A stretch of 64,000 bases of DNA from Steroidobacteraceae bacterium (GTDB taxonomy: Bacteria > Pseudomonadota > Gammaproteobacteria > Steroidobacterales > Steroidobacteraceae), in assembly GCA_035631755.1 (NCBI GenBank), contig DASQIC010000053.1, forward strand, positions 3,888 to 67,887, written 5' to 3'. Positions 26,649 to 35,885 of the stretch are shown here, in pieces. Every line of letters begins with the position of its first letter. The stretch's first letter is position 1. The notes beneath the pieces were generated by a model. That model made no database searches and had not been told where the DNA came from. It saw nothing but the letters and a program-made list of their open reading frames with translations. Both the position numbers and the translations under genes were made by a program.

Positions 26649-27992
26649 ATGTGGGCGCGCATCTGGGCGTTCCTCGATTGGTGCTTCTTCGGCCCGGCCT
26701 CCCAGCGCCCCGGGCTCGCGGGGCGGGCGCTGCGCCTGCTGCGCTACCCGTACGCGGTAGTGCGCGACCTGGCGCGCGGCGACATCAACCTGCGCGCCAT
26801 GAGCCTGGTGTATACGACGCTCCTGTCGCTGATACCCCTGCTCGCCTTCAGCTTCGCAGTGCTGAAGCTCTTCGGCGGGCACCGCGACCTGGTGCCGGTG
26901 GTGTACGAGTTCTTCCGTCCGGTGGGCGAGCCGGCCGCGACCGAGCTCACCACGCGCGTCATGCTGTTCGCCAGCCACGTGAGCAGCGGGGTGGTCGGCT
27001 CGGTGGGCCTGGCGCTGCTCGCGTGGACGCTGCTCGGCACCATCAAGAAGGTCGAGGACAGCTTCAACTATCTGTGGCACGTCGACCAGCCGCGCAGCTT
27101 CGCGCGGCGCCTGGCCGAGTACACCACGCTGCTCATCGCCGGGCCGGTGGTGCTGGTCGGGTTCATCGGCCTCTCCCACCACGCGCTCGACAGCGCTCCG
27201 GTGCAGGAGGTGGCGCGGCTCGAGTGGCTGCGCAGCAGCGCCATCACGCTGGCTCCCTACGCCATGGTGAGCGCCTTCTTCACGGCGCTCTACATGATGG
27301 TCCCCAACACGCGGGTGCAGTGGCGCGCGGCGCTCACCGGCGCGCTGGTCGGCGGGGTACTGTGGGCCGCGATCGGCAAGATGTTCACCGCGCTGGTGGT
27401 GTACTCGACGCGCCTCACCATCGTGTACGCGGGCTTCGCCTTCGTGGTGGCGGCGCTGCTGTGGACGTACTTCGGCTGGCTGATCCTGCTCGCCGGGGCA
27501 CAACTATCCTTCTACGTGCAGAACCCGACCTACCTGCGCCTGGGTTTGCAGCAGCTGCGGCTCTCGAGCGTCGAGCTCGAGGAGCTGGCGCTCAAGCTCA
27601 TGTACTTCGTCGGCCGCAGCCACGTGACCGGCGGACGGCGCTGGACCGTGAACGGGCTCGCCACTGAGCTCGGGCTGCCCGGCATCGCGGTGGCACAGAT
27701 GGCCACGACGCTCGAGCGCGCCGGACTCGTGATCGTGACCGACGACGATGAGCTGGTGCCGGCGCGCGACATCGGGCACATCGGCGTGCACGAGTTGCTG
27801 CAGATCGCGCGCAACCAGAAGAGCGGCCACGTCGAGCCCCGCAACGTGCCGATCCCGGCGGTGGACCGCGTGCTCTCGAGCGTAGCCGAGGCGCTGCGCC
27901 GCAGCAGCGGGGAGCTCACGCTGCGCGACCTGGTCGACGAAGTGCCGCGACCGGCGCTGCAGCTCACTCACCGGCAACCGTCATTTCGCTGA
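26649..27992 (+). CDS. YihY/BrkB family inner-membrane protein with C-terminal winged-helix-like extension
   Basis: 447 aa beginning LRAMSLVYTTLLSLIPLLAF, with multiple TM segments and the motif LWTYFGWLILLAGAQLSF. Confidence 0.8.
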   Translation: MWARIWAFLDWCFFGPASQRPGLAGRALRLLRYPYAVVRDLARGDINLRAMSLVYTTLLSLIPLLAFSFAVLKLFGGHRDLVPVVYEFFRPVGEPAATELTTRVMLFASHVSSGVVGSVGLALLAWTLLGTIKKVEDSFNYLWHVDQPRSFARRLAEYTTLLIAGPVVLVGFIGLSHHALDSAPVQEVARLEWLRSSAITLAPYAMVSAFFTALYMMVPNTRVQWRAALTGALVGGVLWAAIGKMFTALVVYSTRLTIVYAGFAFVVAALLWTYFGWLILLAGAQLSFYVQNPTYLRLGLQQLRLSSVELEELALKLMYFVGRSHVTGGRRWTVNGLATELGLPGIAVAQMATTLERAGLVIVTDDDELVPARDIGHIGVHELLQIARNQKSGHVEPRNVPIPAVDRVLSSVAEALRRSSGELTLRDLVDEVPRPALQLTHRQPSFR

Positions 27993-29310
27993 CGAGCAGC
28001 GAGCCGGTGCGGATCGCGCCGCGCAGGTCGGTGTCGGCGCCGAGGGCGGCGATCCCGCGGTACATGCCCGGGAGGTTCCCGGCGATGGTGACCTCGTGCA
28101 CCGGATGGACGAGCTCCCCGTTCTCGACCCAGAAGCCGCTCGCCCCGCGCGAGTAATCGCCCGTCACGCCGTTGACGCCCTGTCCCATGAGCTCCGTGAC
28201 CAGCAGCCCGGTGCCGAGACGCGCCAGGAATTCCCCGCTTGCGAGCGTCCCGGCGCTGCTCGCGACGATGAGGTTGTGGATCCCCCCGGCGTTGCCGGTG
28301 GTCTTCAGTCCCAGCCGCCGCGCCGAGTAGCTGCCGAGCACGTAGCCCCCGAGCACCCCGTCGCGCACCAGCTCGCGATCGTGCGTGGCGGCGCCCTCCT
28401 GGTCGAAGGGCGCGCTTGCCAGCCCCTTCGGCAGGTGGGGCCGCTCGTGCATCTGCAGGAACGCCGGGAACACCTGCGTGTCGGCCGCGCCGAGCAGGAA
28501 CGAGGCCTTGCGGTACTGGCTGGTGCCGCGGATCGCGCCGATGAAATGCCCGAGCAGACCGCGCGCCATTTCAGGACTGAAGGCAACCGGCGCGCGGCGC
28601 GTGCTGAGCCGCCGGGCGCCGAGGCGCGCCAGCGCGCGCGCCGCCGCCTTGCGTCCGACCGTGGCTGCATCCTCGAGGTCGGCCGCATCGCGCGCCACGC
28701 TGTACCAGTGATCGCGCTGCATCTCGCCGCCCTCACCGGCGATCAGCGAGCAGCTCAGCGAGTGGCTGGTCGCGGAGTAGCCGGCGAGAAAGCCGAGCGA
28801 GTTGCCGTAGGCGCCGCTATGGCGCTGGGTCGCCACCGTCGCGCCCTCGGAGTTCGTGAGCCGCGCATCGAGCGCGAGCCCCGCCGCCTCGCATTCGCGC
28901 GCCAGCTCGATGGCGCGCTCGGGTGCGAGCTCCCAGGGATGGTCGAGATCGAGATCGGGAATGTCGCGCGCGAGCGCCTCGGGCTCCACCAGTCCGGCGT
29001 AGGGATCCTCGGCCGTGTAGCGCGCGATGGCGCAGGCCTTGGCGACGGTCTCGAGCAGCGCGCCGCGCCCGAGATCGGCGCTGCTGGCCGAGCCCTTGCG
29101 CTTGCCGAAGTACACCGTGAGCGACAGCCCGCGGTCGCGCTGGTACTCGACCGTGTCGACCTCACCGAGGCGCACGTTCACGGTGAGGCCGCGGCTCACC
29201 GAGGCGTCGGCCTCACACTGCGTGGCTCCCTGGCGGCGCGCCTCCTCGAGCACCAGACCGGTGAGCTCGGCGAGTTGCGCGGTCGGGATGAGCTCGAGGG
29301 TCGTTGGCAT
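27964..29310 (-). CDS. pmbA: Metalloprotease PmbA (TldE)
   Basis: ORF trimmed to the ATG at 29310 (MPTTLELIPTAQL...). The 448-aa product has a C-terminal GVNGVTGDYSRGASGFWVENGE. It is divergent from yjgA, as in E. coli. Confidence 0.9.
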   Translation of the reverse strand: MPTTLELIPTAQLAELTGLVLEEARRQGATQCEADASVSRGLTVNVRLGEVDTVEYQRDRGLSLTVYFGKRKGSASSADLGRGALLETVAKACAIARYTAEDPYAGLVEPEALARDIPDLDLDHPWELAPERAIELARECEAAGLALDARLTNSEGATVATQRHSGAYGNSLGFLAGYSATSHSLSCSLIAGEGGEMQRDHWYSVARDAADLEDAATVGRKAAARALARLGARRLSTRRAPVAFSPEMARGLLGHFIGAIRGTSQYRKASFLLGAADTQVFPAFLQMHERPHLPKGLASAPFDQEGAATHDRELVRDGVLGGYVLGSYSARRLGLKTTGNAGGIHNLIVASSAGTLASGEFLARLGTGLLVTELMGQGVNGVTGDYSRGASGFWVENGELVHPVHEVTIAGNLPGMYRGIAALGADTDLRGAIRTGSLLVSEMTVAGE

Positions 29311-29400
29311 CACGGGTGATCGGCTGGGAGATTCGGCGTAGTGTAACAGCCGCCCGCCGCCGCCCATGCGGCCGGGAGCCGCGGGAGCGACGGGAGCACG

Positions 29401-29919
29401 ATGCACGACGAGCCGGAAGACGGCGCCGCAGCGCCGCGCCCCAGCAAGAGCGCGCGCAAGCGCGCCGCCCATGCCGCGCAGGACCTCGGCGCAGCGCTCA
29501 TCGACTGGTCGGATGCCGAGCTCGCCCCGCTCGGACTGCCGCCGGAGCTGCGCGCGGCGCTGCGGGACGCTCGCCGGCTGCGCAGCCGCGCGGCGCGTGC
29601 CCGCCAGCGTCAGTACATCGGCAAGCTGATGCGCGCACTCGACCCGGAGCCGATCCGCGCCGCGCTCGCGGCACGCGGGGCGGTGAGCGCGCGCGATGCC
29701 GCCCGGCTGCACCTCATCGAGCAATGGCGTGAGCGTCTCATCCGCGACGGCGCGGCGGCGCTCGCCGGGCTCGCCCGGGAGCATCCGGGCATGGACCCGG
29801 TGTCGTGGGCCGGGCGGGTGAGCGCCGCACAGGCCGAACGGGCGAGCGGCGCCGCAGTGGGCGCCGCGGGTCGCGAGTTGTTTCGCGCTCTGCGCGCATT
29901 GTTCGCTACAATGCCGTGA
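29401..29919 (+). CDS. yjgA: Ribosome-associated protein YjgA/DarP (DUF615)
   Basis: 172 aa with a basic N-terminus ([17 protein letters not shown]) and the motif [11 protein letters not shown]. It holds the conserved position divergent from pmbA. Confidence 0.8.
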   Translation: MHDEPEDGAAAPRPSKSARKRAAHAAQDLGAALIDWSDAELAPLGLPPELRAALRDARRLRSRAARARQRQYIGKLMRALDPEPIRAALAARGAVSARDAARLHLIEQWRERLIRDGAAALAGLAREHPGMDPVSWAGRVSAAQAERASGAAVGAAGRELFRALRALFATMP

Positions 29920-30419
29920 TGCAGGCCCTGGTCGGCATCATCATGGGGTCCTCCTCGGACTGGGAGACCATGCAGGCCGCCGCCGAGGTGCTCGACCGCT
30001 TGAGCGTCCCCTACGAGGTGCGCGTGGTCTCCGCGCACCGTACGCCCGATCTGCTGTTCGAATACGCTCACCAAGCGCGCGGGCGCGGGCTCGAGGTGCT
30101 GATCGCCGGCGCCGGCGGCGCGGCGCATCTGCCCGGCATGACCGCCGCCAAGACCACACTCCCGGTGCTCGGCGTCCCGGTGCAGTCGAAGAGCCTCGGC
30201 GGGCTCGACTCGCTGCTGTCGATCGTGCAGATGCCCGCCGGCGTCCCGGTCGCAACTTTCGCGATCGGCGCCGCCGGCGCCACCAACGCGGCGCTGTGCG
30301 CCGCATCGATCCTCGCCAACCGGCACCCCGCCGTGCAGACCGCGCTCGAGGCGTACCGCGAGCGGCAGACCGCGGGGGTGCTCGGCCAGCCCGATCCGCG
30401 CCTACCGAAGCGCTCATGA
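29919..30419 (+). CDS. purE: N5-carboxyaminoimidazole ribonucleotide mutase
   Basis: The ATG at 29919 overlaps the yjgA stop (TGATG). Motifs are [18 protein letters not shown] and [11 protein letters not shown]. Confidence 0.95.
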   Translation: MQALVGIIMGSSSDWETMQAAAEVLDRLSVPYEVRVVSAHRTPDLLFEYAHQARGRGLEVLIAGAGGAAHLPGMTAAKTTLPVLGVPVQSKSLGGLDSLLSIVQMPAGVPVATFAIGAAGATNAALCAASILANRHPAVQTALEAYRERQTAGVLGQPDPRLPKRS

Positions 30420-31525
30420 CGGTCGGCATCGTGGGCGCCGGCCAACTCGGCCGTATGCTCGCTTTGGCGGGCTATCCGCTCGGCCTCGACTTCCTGTGTC
30501 TCGATCCGGCGCGCGATGCGCCCGCCGGCCAGGTCGCGCCGCTGCTCACCGGCGCGTTCACCGACCGCAGGCTGCTCGCGCAACTGGCACGGCGCTGCCA
30601 GGTCATCACGTTTGACTGGGAGAACGTCCCGGCGGCGAGTCTGCGCGCGCTCGAGCGGGGCCGGGCGGCGGCGCGCATCTGCCCGCCGGTCGCGGCGCTC
30701 GAGTGCGGCCAGGACCGCGTGAGCGAGAAGCGTCTGTTCGAGCGGCTCGCCATCCCGACCACGCGCTGGTACGCGGTCGATTCGCGCGCACAGCTGGCGC
30801 AGGCGCTCGGCACGGTGGGATTGCCGGGCGTGCTCAAGACGCGCCGCATGGGCTACGACGGCAAGGGGCAGGCGCTGCTGCGCAGCGCGGCCGACGCCGA
30901 GCGCGCCTGGGAACGGCTCGGCGGGGTACCGCTGCTCTACGAGGAGTGGGTGCCTTTCGATTGCGAGGTGTCGGTGCTCGGCGCGCGTGGGGCGCGCGGC
31001 GAGCTCGCCATCTACCCGCTGTGCGGCAACGTGCACGGCGCCGGGATCCTGCGCCTCACCTGCGCGCCGTTCGGACCCGCGCACTGGTGGCGCCGCGCGG
31101 CGCGCTACCTCACGCGGGTACTCACTCACTTCGACTACCGCGGGATGCTGACAGTGGAGTTCTTCGTGCGCCGCGGACGGCTGATCGCCAACGAGATGGC
31201 GCCGCGGGTGCACAACTCCGGACACTGGACCATCGAGGGCGCCGCCACCAGTCAGTTTGAGAATCACCTGCGCGCGATCCTCGGACTGCCGCTCGGCGCG
31301 ACGCGCGCGCTCGGTCACAGCGCCATGATCAACCTCATCGGCCGCATCCCGCCGCGGGCGCGGCTGCTGGCGCAGCACGGCGTGCACCTGCACGACTACG
31401 GCAAGCTCCCGCGCCCCGGCCGCAAGGTCGGGCACTGCACCATCGTGGAGACGAGCGCCGCCCGCCGGGACGTGCGCGCGCGGCGGCTGTTGGCCGATTT
31501 GGCCGTGGGAGCGCGCATCCCGTAA
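30416..31525 (+). CDS. purK: N5-carboxyaminoimidazole ribonucleotide synthase
   Basis: The ATG at 30416 overlaps the purE stop (ATGA). Motifs are [19 protein letters not shown] and [14 protein letters not shown]. Confidence 0.9.
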   Translation: MTVGIVGAGQLGRMLALAGYPLGLDFLCLDPARDAPAGQVAPLLTGAFTDRRLLAQLARRCQVITFDWENVPAASLRALERGRAAARICPPVAALECGQDRVSEKRLFERLAIPTTRWYAVDSRAQLAQALGTVGLPGVLKTRRMGYDGKGQALLRSAADAERAWERLGGVPLLYEEWVPFDCEVSVLGARGARGELAIYPLCGNVHGAGILRLTCAPFGPAHWWRRAARYLTRVLTHFDYRGMLTVEFFVRRGRLIANEMAPRVHNSGHWTIEGAATSQFENHLRAILGLPLGATRALGHSAMINLIGRIPPRARLLAQHGVHLHDYGKLPRPGRKVGHCTIVETSAARRDVRARRLLADLAVGARIP

Positions 31526-31544
31526 CATCGGGAGGCGAGCCCCC

Positions 31545-32840
31545 ATGTACCTCGAGCCGTTCAAACTCAAGGAATTGCCGTTCCGGCTGAGTCCGGACCC
31601 GCAGTTCCTTTACCTGTCGAAACAACACGCGCGCGCCAAGGCGTACATGGAGTCGACCATCTGGTTCACCGACGGTTTCGTGGTGATCACCGGTGAGATT
31701 GGCTCGGGCAAGACCACGCTGATCGAGTCGTTCCTGCGCGAGGTGCCGGCCGATGTGGTGGTGGCGCAGATAAACCAGACACAGGTCACGGCCATCGATT
31801 TCCTGCAGGCGGTGCTGGTGCAGTTCGGCTTCTCGCCCTTCAAGATGAACAAGGCCGAGCTCATCAGCACGCTCAACAACTTCCTGGTGGAGCAGCACGC
31901 CGCCGGGCGCCGCGTGCTGCTGATCGTCGACGAGGCGCAGAACCTGTCGATGCGCGTGCTGGAGGAGATCCGGCTGCTGTCGGGCGTCGAGACCACCAAG
32001 GACAAGGTGCTGCGCATCATCCTGCTCGGTCAGCCGGAGCTCAACGCCAAGCTCGACGCACCGCGCCTCGAGCAGCTCACGCAGCGCGTGCGGCTGCGCT
32101 TCCATCTCAACATGCTCACCGAGGCCGAGACCCGCGCCTACATCGAGCATCGCCTGGAGGTCGCCGGGGCGGGCGACCGCGAGATCTTCGCCGCCGACAC
32201 TTTTGCGGAGATCTTCCGCTACACCGGCGGCGTGCCGCGCCTGATCAATACGCTGTGCGACACCGCCATGGTGGCCGCCTACACCGAGGACCGCACGTCG
32301 GTGCGCCGCTCGGACGTCGCGGCGGCGGTGGCGGAGCTGCGCTGGCCCGAGTACGCGGCGCGCACCCAGGAGAGTCCCCCGGAGCCGGCGCCCGCCGCCC
32401 CGGTCGACACCAGCCAGCCGGTCGCGCGGCTGCTGGTGGCGGCCGACGGGCGCACGCAGCAGGAGATTCCGCTGCGTATCGGGCGGCTGATCATCGGCCG
32501 CACCCCCGACAACGACGTCCACATCGACAGCCGCTTCGTGAGCCGGCATCACTGCCAGGTGATCACCACCGCGCACTCGTGCGTGATCGAGGACCTCAAC
32601 AGCACCAACGGCATCTTCGTGAAGTCGAACCGCGTGCGCCGTCACTACCTCAACGACGGCGACGTGGTGCTGATCGGCAAGCACGAGCTGATCTACATGG
32701 ACGAGCGCGCGGCGCGCGGCCGCAACGCCGAGTCGGACACCGTGCCGCGCCTGCCGAAGGTGCTGCCCGAGGCGCTTCCGGAGCTGCAGGAGGCGCCGCC
32801 GGCGGACGCCGGCGAGCCCGAGCCGGCGTCCGGAAGCTGA
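31545..32840 (+). CDS. ExeA/GspA/MshM-like AAA ATPase fused to a C-terminal FHA domain
   Basis: 431 aa with SD GGGAGG upstream. The N-terminus FKLKELPFRLSPDPQFLYLS is followed by Walker A GEIGSGKTT and Walker B LLIVDEAQNL. The C-terminal FHA reads IGRLIIGRTPDNDVHIDSRFVSRHHCQV...LNSTNGIFV. There is no TM segment. Confidence 0.75.
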   Translation: MYLEPFKLKELPFRLSPDPQFLYLSKQHARAKAYMESTIWFTDGFVVITGEIGSGKTTLIESFLREVPADVVVAQINQTQVTAIDFLQAVLVQFGFSPFKMNKAELISTLNNFLVEQHAAGRRVLLIVDEAQNLSMRVLEEIRLLSGVETTKDKVLRIILLGQPELNAKLDAPRLEQLTQRVRLRFHLNMLTEAETRAYIEHRLEVAGAGDREIFAADTFAEIFRYTGGVPRLINTLCDTAMVAAYTEDRTSVRRSDVAAAVAELRWPEYAARTQESPPEPAPAAPVDTSQPVARLLVAADGRTQQEIPLRIGRLIIGRTPDNDVHIDSRFVSRHHCQVITTAHSCVIEDLNSTNGIFVKSNRVRRHYLNDGDVVLIGKHELIYMDERAARGRNAESDTVPRLPKVLPEALPELQEAPPADAGEPEPASGS

Positions 32841-32842
32841 TC

Positions 32843-33103
32843 TCAGTGCTGGTCGCCGCCGAGGGAGTCGGGGTCGACGTACTGCGAGCGCAGCGCGCGG
32901 TAGTCGCGCCGCCGCAGCAGCACCACGATGCCGGCCACGATCAGCATCAGCCCGGCGAGTCCGACGGTGAGGCTCAGGCGCCCGTGGGCCGCGAGCCAAT
33001 AGCTCGCCGCAAGCGCCGCCAGGCCGCCGGCGATGTACAGCCAGGGAAGCCCCTCGTAGAGGGGGCGCGACAGGTGACGGGCGGGCCGCTCCATGCCGGA
33101 CAT
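32843..33103 (-). CDS. Small hypothetical membrane protein (two predicted TM helices)
   Basis: 86 aa with the hydrophobic stretches LPWLYIAGGLAALAASYWLAA and LTVGLAGLMLIVAGIVVLL. No family is recognised. Confidence 0.45.
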   Translation of the reverse strand: MSGMERPARHLSRPLYEGLPWLYIAGGLAALAASYWLAAHGRLSLTVGLAGLMLIVAGIVVLLRRRDYRALRSQYVDPDSLGGDQH

Positions 33104-33186
33104 CCTAACGTGCCGGCACGGCAGTGCAAACGCTTAAGCTCCCGGTAGGGCGGGGCCTGCGGCAGCGGGCCGCTGCCTGAGGGGCA

Positions 33187-33357
33187 CTACTTCAGCCCGA
33201 ACATCCCGAGCAGCCGCTCGAGCAGCGAAGGTTTCCATCCCTCGACCTCGAAGTCGGGCTTCTGCCTGGCGCTGCGCTTCACTTCGGCGAGCAGCTCCAC
33301 CGGCAGCTTCAGGGTCGCGGTATCGGCCATGGTCGGTTCGGCTTGCATCATGGACAT
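33187..33357 (-). CDS. Small hypothetical protein, possibly ribbon-helix-helix-like
   Basis: ORF 33187..33381 with candidate ATGs at 33357, 33351, 33348 and 33330. AAGGA lies just upstream. ATLKLPVELLAEVKRSARQ resembles an RHH beta-strand plus helix. The call is weak. Confidence 0.35.
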   Translation of the reverse strand: MSMMQAEPTMADTATLKLPVELLAEVKRSARQKPDFEVEGWKPSLLERLLGMFGLK

Positions 33358-33482
33358 CCTTGGGGCGCAACGCGCGCCCACTGCACGCTACGGACTCGCC
33401 TCCTGCGGCGGCGTGTGGAGACTCACAAAGCCACAATCGAATCCATTATGTCAGCGCACCGCAGGCCCGCAAGAGCTTCTCC

Positions 33483-33544
33483 TGTCGGTGGGGGCCGACA
33501 TTCGATGCTGCACTCGCGTGATCACTGTCGGTGCACGCCGACAG
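33483..33544 (-). repeat. Two similar hairpins downstream of tldD (REP-like or terminators)
   Basis: TGTCGG-N6-CCGACA lies at 33483-33500 and CTGTCGG-N6-CCGACAG at 33525-33544. Confidence 0.4.
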
Positions 33545-33564
33545 AGAACGCGCGGCCGAGCGTT

Positions 33565-35046
33565 TCAGGCGGTACCGCCGACCGTGAGCCCCTCGATTTT
33601 CAGCGTCGGCTGGCCGACGCCGACCGGAACGCTCTGCCCTTCCTTGCCGCAGGTGCCAACGCCGTCGTCGAGCTTCAGGTCGTTGCCGACCATGGTGACG
33701 CGCGTCAGCACGTCCGGCCCGTTCCCGATCAGGGTCGCGCCCTTCAGGGGAGCGCCGACGCGGCCGTCCTCGATCGCGTACGCCTCGCTCGCCGAGAACA
33801 CGAACTTGCCCGAGGTGATGTCCACCTGGCCGCCTCCGAAGTTCACCGCGTAGATGCCGCGGCGCACCGAGCGCAGGATCTCGCCGGGGTCGTGCGGACC
33901 GGCGCGCATGTAGGTGTTGGTCATGCGCGGCAGCGTGAGATGCGCGAAGGACTCGCGCCGGCCGTTGCCGGTGGGCGCAACGCCCATCAGGCGTGCATTC
34001 AGCCGGTCCTGCATGTAGCCGCGCAGCACGCCGTTCTCGATCAGCGTGGTGCACTGGGTGGGTATGCCCTCGTCATCGATGTTGAGCGAGCCGCGGCGCG
34101 CGCTCAGCGTGCCGTCGTCCACCACCGTGCACTCGCTCGCCGCCACCCGCTCGCCGATGCGGTTGGCGAACGCCGAGGTGCCTTTGCGGTTGAAATCCCC
34201 TTCGAGCCCGTGGCCGATCGCCTCGTGCAGCAGGATGCCGGGCCAGCCCGGCCCGAGCACGACCGTCATGGTGCCGGCAGGCGCCGGCACTGCCTCGAGA
34301 TTCACCAGCGCCTGGCGCACCGCCTCGCGCGCGAGCTCGAGCGGGCGAGCGCCCGCCACCAGCTCGGCGAGCGAGTAGCGTCCGCCGGCGCCCGCATAAC
34401 CCTGCTCGCGCCGGCCGTTCTGCTCGACCAGCACCGAGACGTTGAACCGCACCAGCGGCCGCACGTCTGCGGCCAGCTCCCCCTCGCTGGTCGCGACCAG
34501 CACCACCTCGTGCAGCGCGACCAGGCTCGCGTTCACGTGCACGATGCGCGGGTCGAGCCGCCGCGCTTCGCGATCGACGCGTTCGAGCCAGGCGACCTTG
34601 TCGGCAGTGGCGAGCGCCGCGGCCGGGTCCACCGGCAGATACAGCCGGTGGCCGGGCTGCGCCCGCCAGGCGCTCACGCGCCGCTCGCCGCCGTGCACCG
34701 CGATCGCGCGCGCGGCGTGCGACGCCTCCTCGAGCGCCGGCAGCACGATCTCGTCCGAGTAGGCAAACCCGGTGCGCTCGCCGGCGAGCGCGCGCACTCC
34801 GACCCCCTGCTCGATGCTGGCGCTGCCGTCCTTGACGATGCCGTCCTCGAGCGACCAGGACTCCTGGTGGCAGAGCTGGAAGTACAGGTCGGCGAAATCC
34901 ACCGAATGACTGAGCACTTCGCCGAACACCCGGTCGAGACGCCGGTCGTCGATTCCGCCCGGGCGCAGGATCAGCTCGCGCGCCAGCTGCAGCGGGTCGG
35001 CTGCTGCCGCGGTCACGGGCACTGCGGTGGAAGGGATGTCGCTCAT
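33565..35046 (-). CDS. tldD: Metalloprotease TldD
   Basis: 493 aa with motifs [16 protein letters not shown] and [14 protein letters not shown]. Confidence 0.95.
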   Translation of the reverse strand: MSDIPSTAVPVTAAAADPLQLARELILRPGGIDDRRLDRVFGEVLSHSVDFADLYFQLCHQESWSLEDGIVKDGSASIEQGVGVRALAGERTGFAYSDEIVLPALEEASHAARAIAVHGGERRVSAWRAQPGHRLYLPVDPAAALATADKVAWLERVDREARRLDPRIVHVNASLVALHEVVLVATSEGELAADVRPLVRFNVSVLVEQNGRREQGYAGAGGRYSLAELVAGARPLELAREAVRQALVNLEAVPAPAGTMTVVLGPGWPGILLHEAIGHGLEGDFNRKGTSAFANRIGERVAASECTVVDDGTLSARRGSLNIDDEGIPTQCTTLIENGVLRGYMQDRLNARLMGVAPTGNGRRESFAHLTLPRMTNTYMRAGPHDPGEILRSVRRGIYAVNFGGGQVDITSGKFVFSASEAYAIEDGRVGAPLKGATLIGNGPDVLTRVTMVGNDLKLDDGVGTCGKEGQSVPVGVGQPTLKIEGLTVGGTA

Positions 35047-35867
35047 CGCTCGGTCTCCATCGCCGGGACGCGGTGCTTCAGCGCCGGGAAGCTCGCGCGC
35101 ACTGCCGCCTGGCGCGCCAGGTCCACCTCCGCCAGCGCGCAGCCGCGGCCGCGCGGCACGCGCTGCAGGATCCGGCCCCAGTAATCGACGATCATGGTGT
35201 CACCGTAGGTCTCGCGCCCGCTCGGGTGAAATCCCGACTGCGCCGGCGCGATCACGTAGCACAGGTTCTCGATGGCTCTGGCGCGCAGCAGCGTCTCCCA
35301 GTGCGCGCGTCCGGTGGGCGCGGTGAACGCCGACGGCACCGCGAGCAGTTGCGCGCCGCGGGCGCTCAGGCGCCGATACAGCTCCGGGAAGCGCACGTCG
35401 TAGCACACCGAGAGCCCGAGCCTGCCGACCGGCGTGTCGAGCACCTGCGCCTCGGCGCCCGGGGCCACGTGCGCGGACTCGCGGTAACTCTCGGCACGCC
35501 CGGGGATGTCGACGTCGAACAGGTGGATCTTGTCGTAGCGCGCCGCCCGCGTGCCGTCGGAATCGTAGACCAGCGAGGCGGCGGCGACCCGCCCGTCGGC
35601 GCCGCTCTTCAGCGGAATCGTGCCCCCGACGATCCACAGGCGCAGCCGCCGGGCGTGGTCGGCGAGGAACTGCTGCACCGGCCCCGATCCTTCCGCTTCC
35701 GCGACCGCGCGTTTGTCGGCGTCGCGCAGCCCCATGAAGGAGAAGTTCTCGGGCAGCGCCGCGAGGCGCGCCCCGCGGCGCGCGGCCTCCCCGAGCAGCG
35801 CTGCGGCCTGCTCGAGATTGGCCGCAACGTCCGGCCCCGAGGTCATCTGGATGGCAGCAATCTTCAT
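35043..35867 (-). CDS. Carbon-nitrogen hydrolase (nitrilase superfamily)
   Basis: MKIAAIQM begins at the ATG at 35867 (the ORF track shows the GTG at 35879). The Glu-Lys-Cys triad contexts are LPENF, YDKIHLF and [10 protein letters not shown]. Its stop overlaps the tldD start (ATGA). Confidence 0.85.
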   Translation of the reverse strand: MKIAAIQMTSGPDVAANLEQAAALLGEAARRGARLAALPENFSFMGLRDADKRAVAEAEGSGPVQQFLADHARRLRLWIVGGTIPLKSGADGRVAAASLVYDSDGTRAARYDKIHLFDVDIPGRAESYRESAHVAPGAEAQVLDTPVGRLGLSVCYDVRFPELYRRLSARGAQLLAVPSAFTAPTGRAHWETLLRARAIENLCYVIAPAQSGFHPSGRETYGDTMIVDYWGRILQRVPRGRGCALAEVDLARQAAVRASFPALKHRVPAMETER

Positions 35868-35885
35868 CGCACTTCCCACGCGCCG

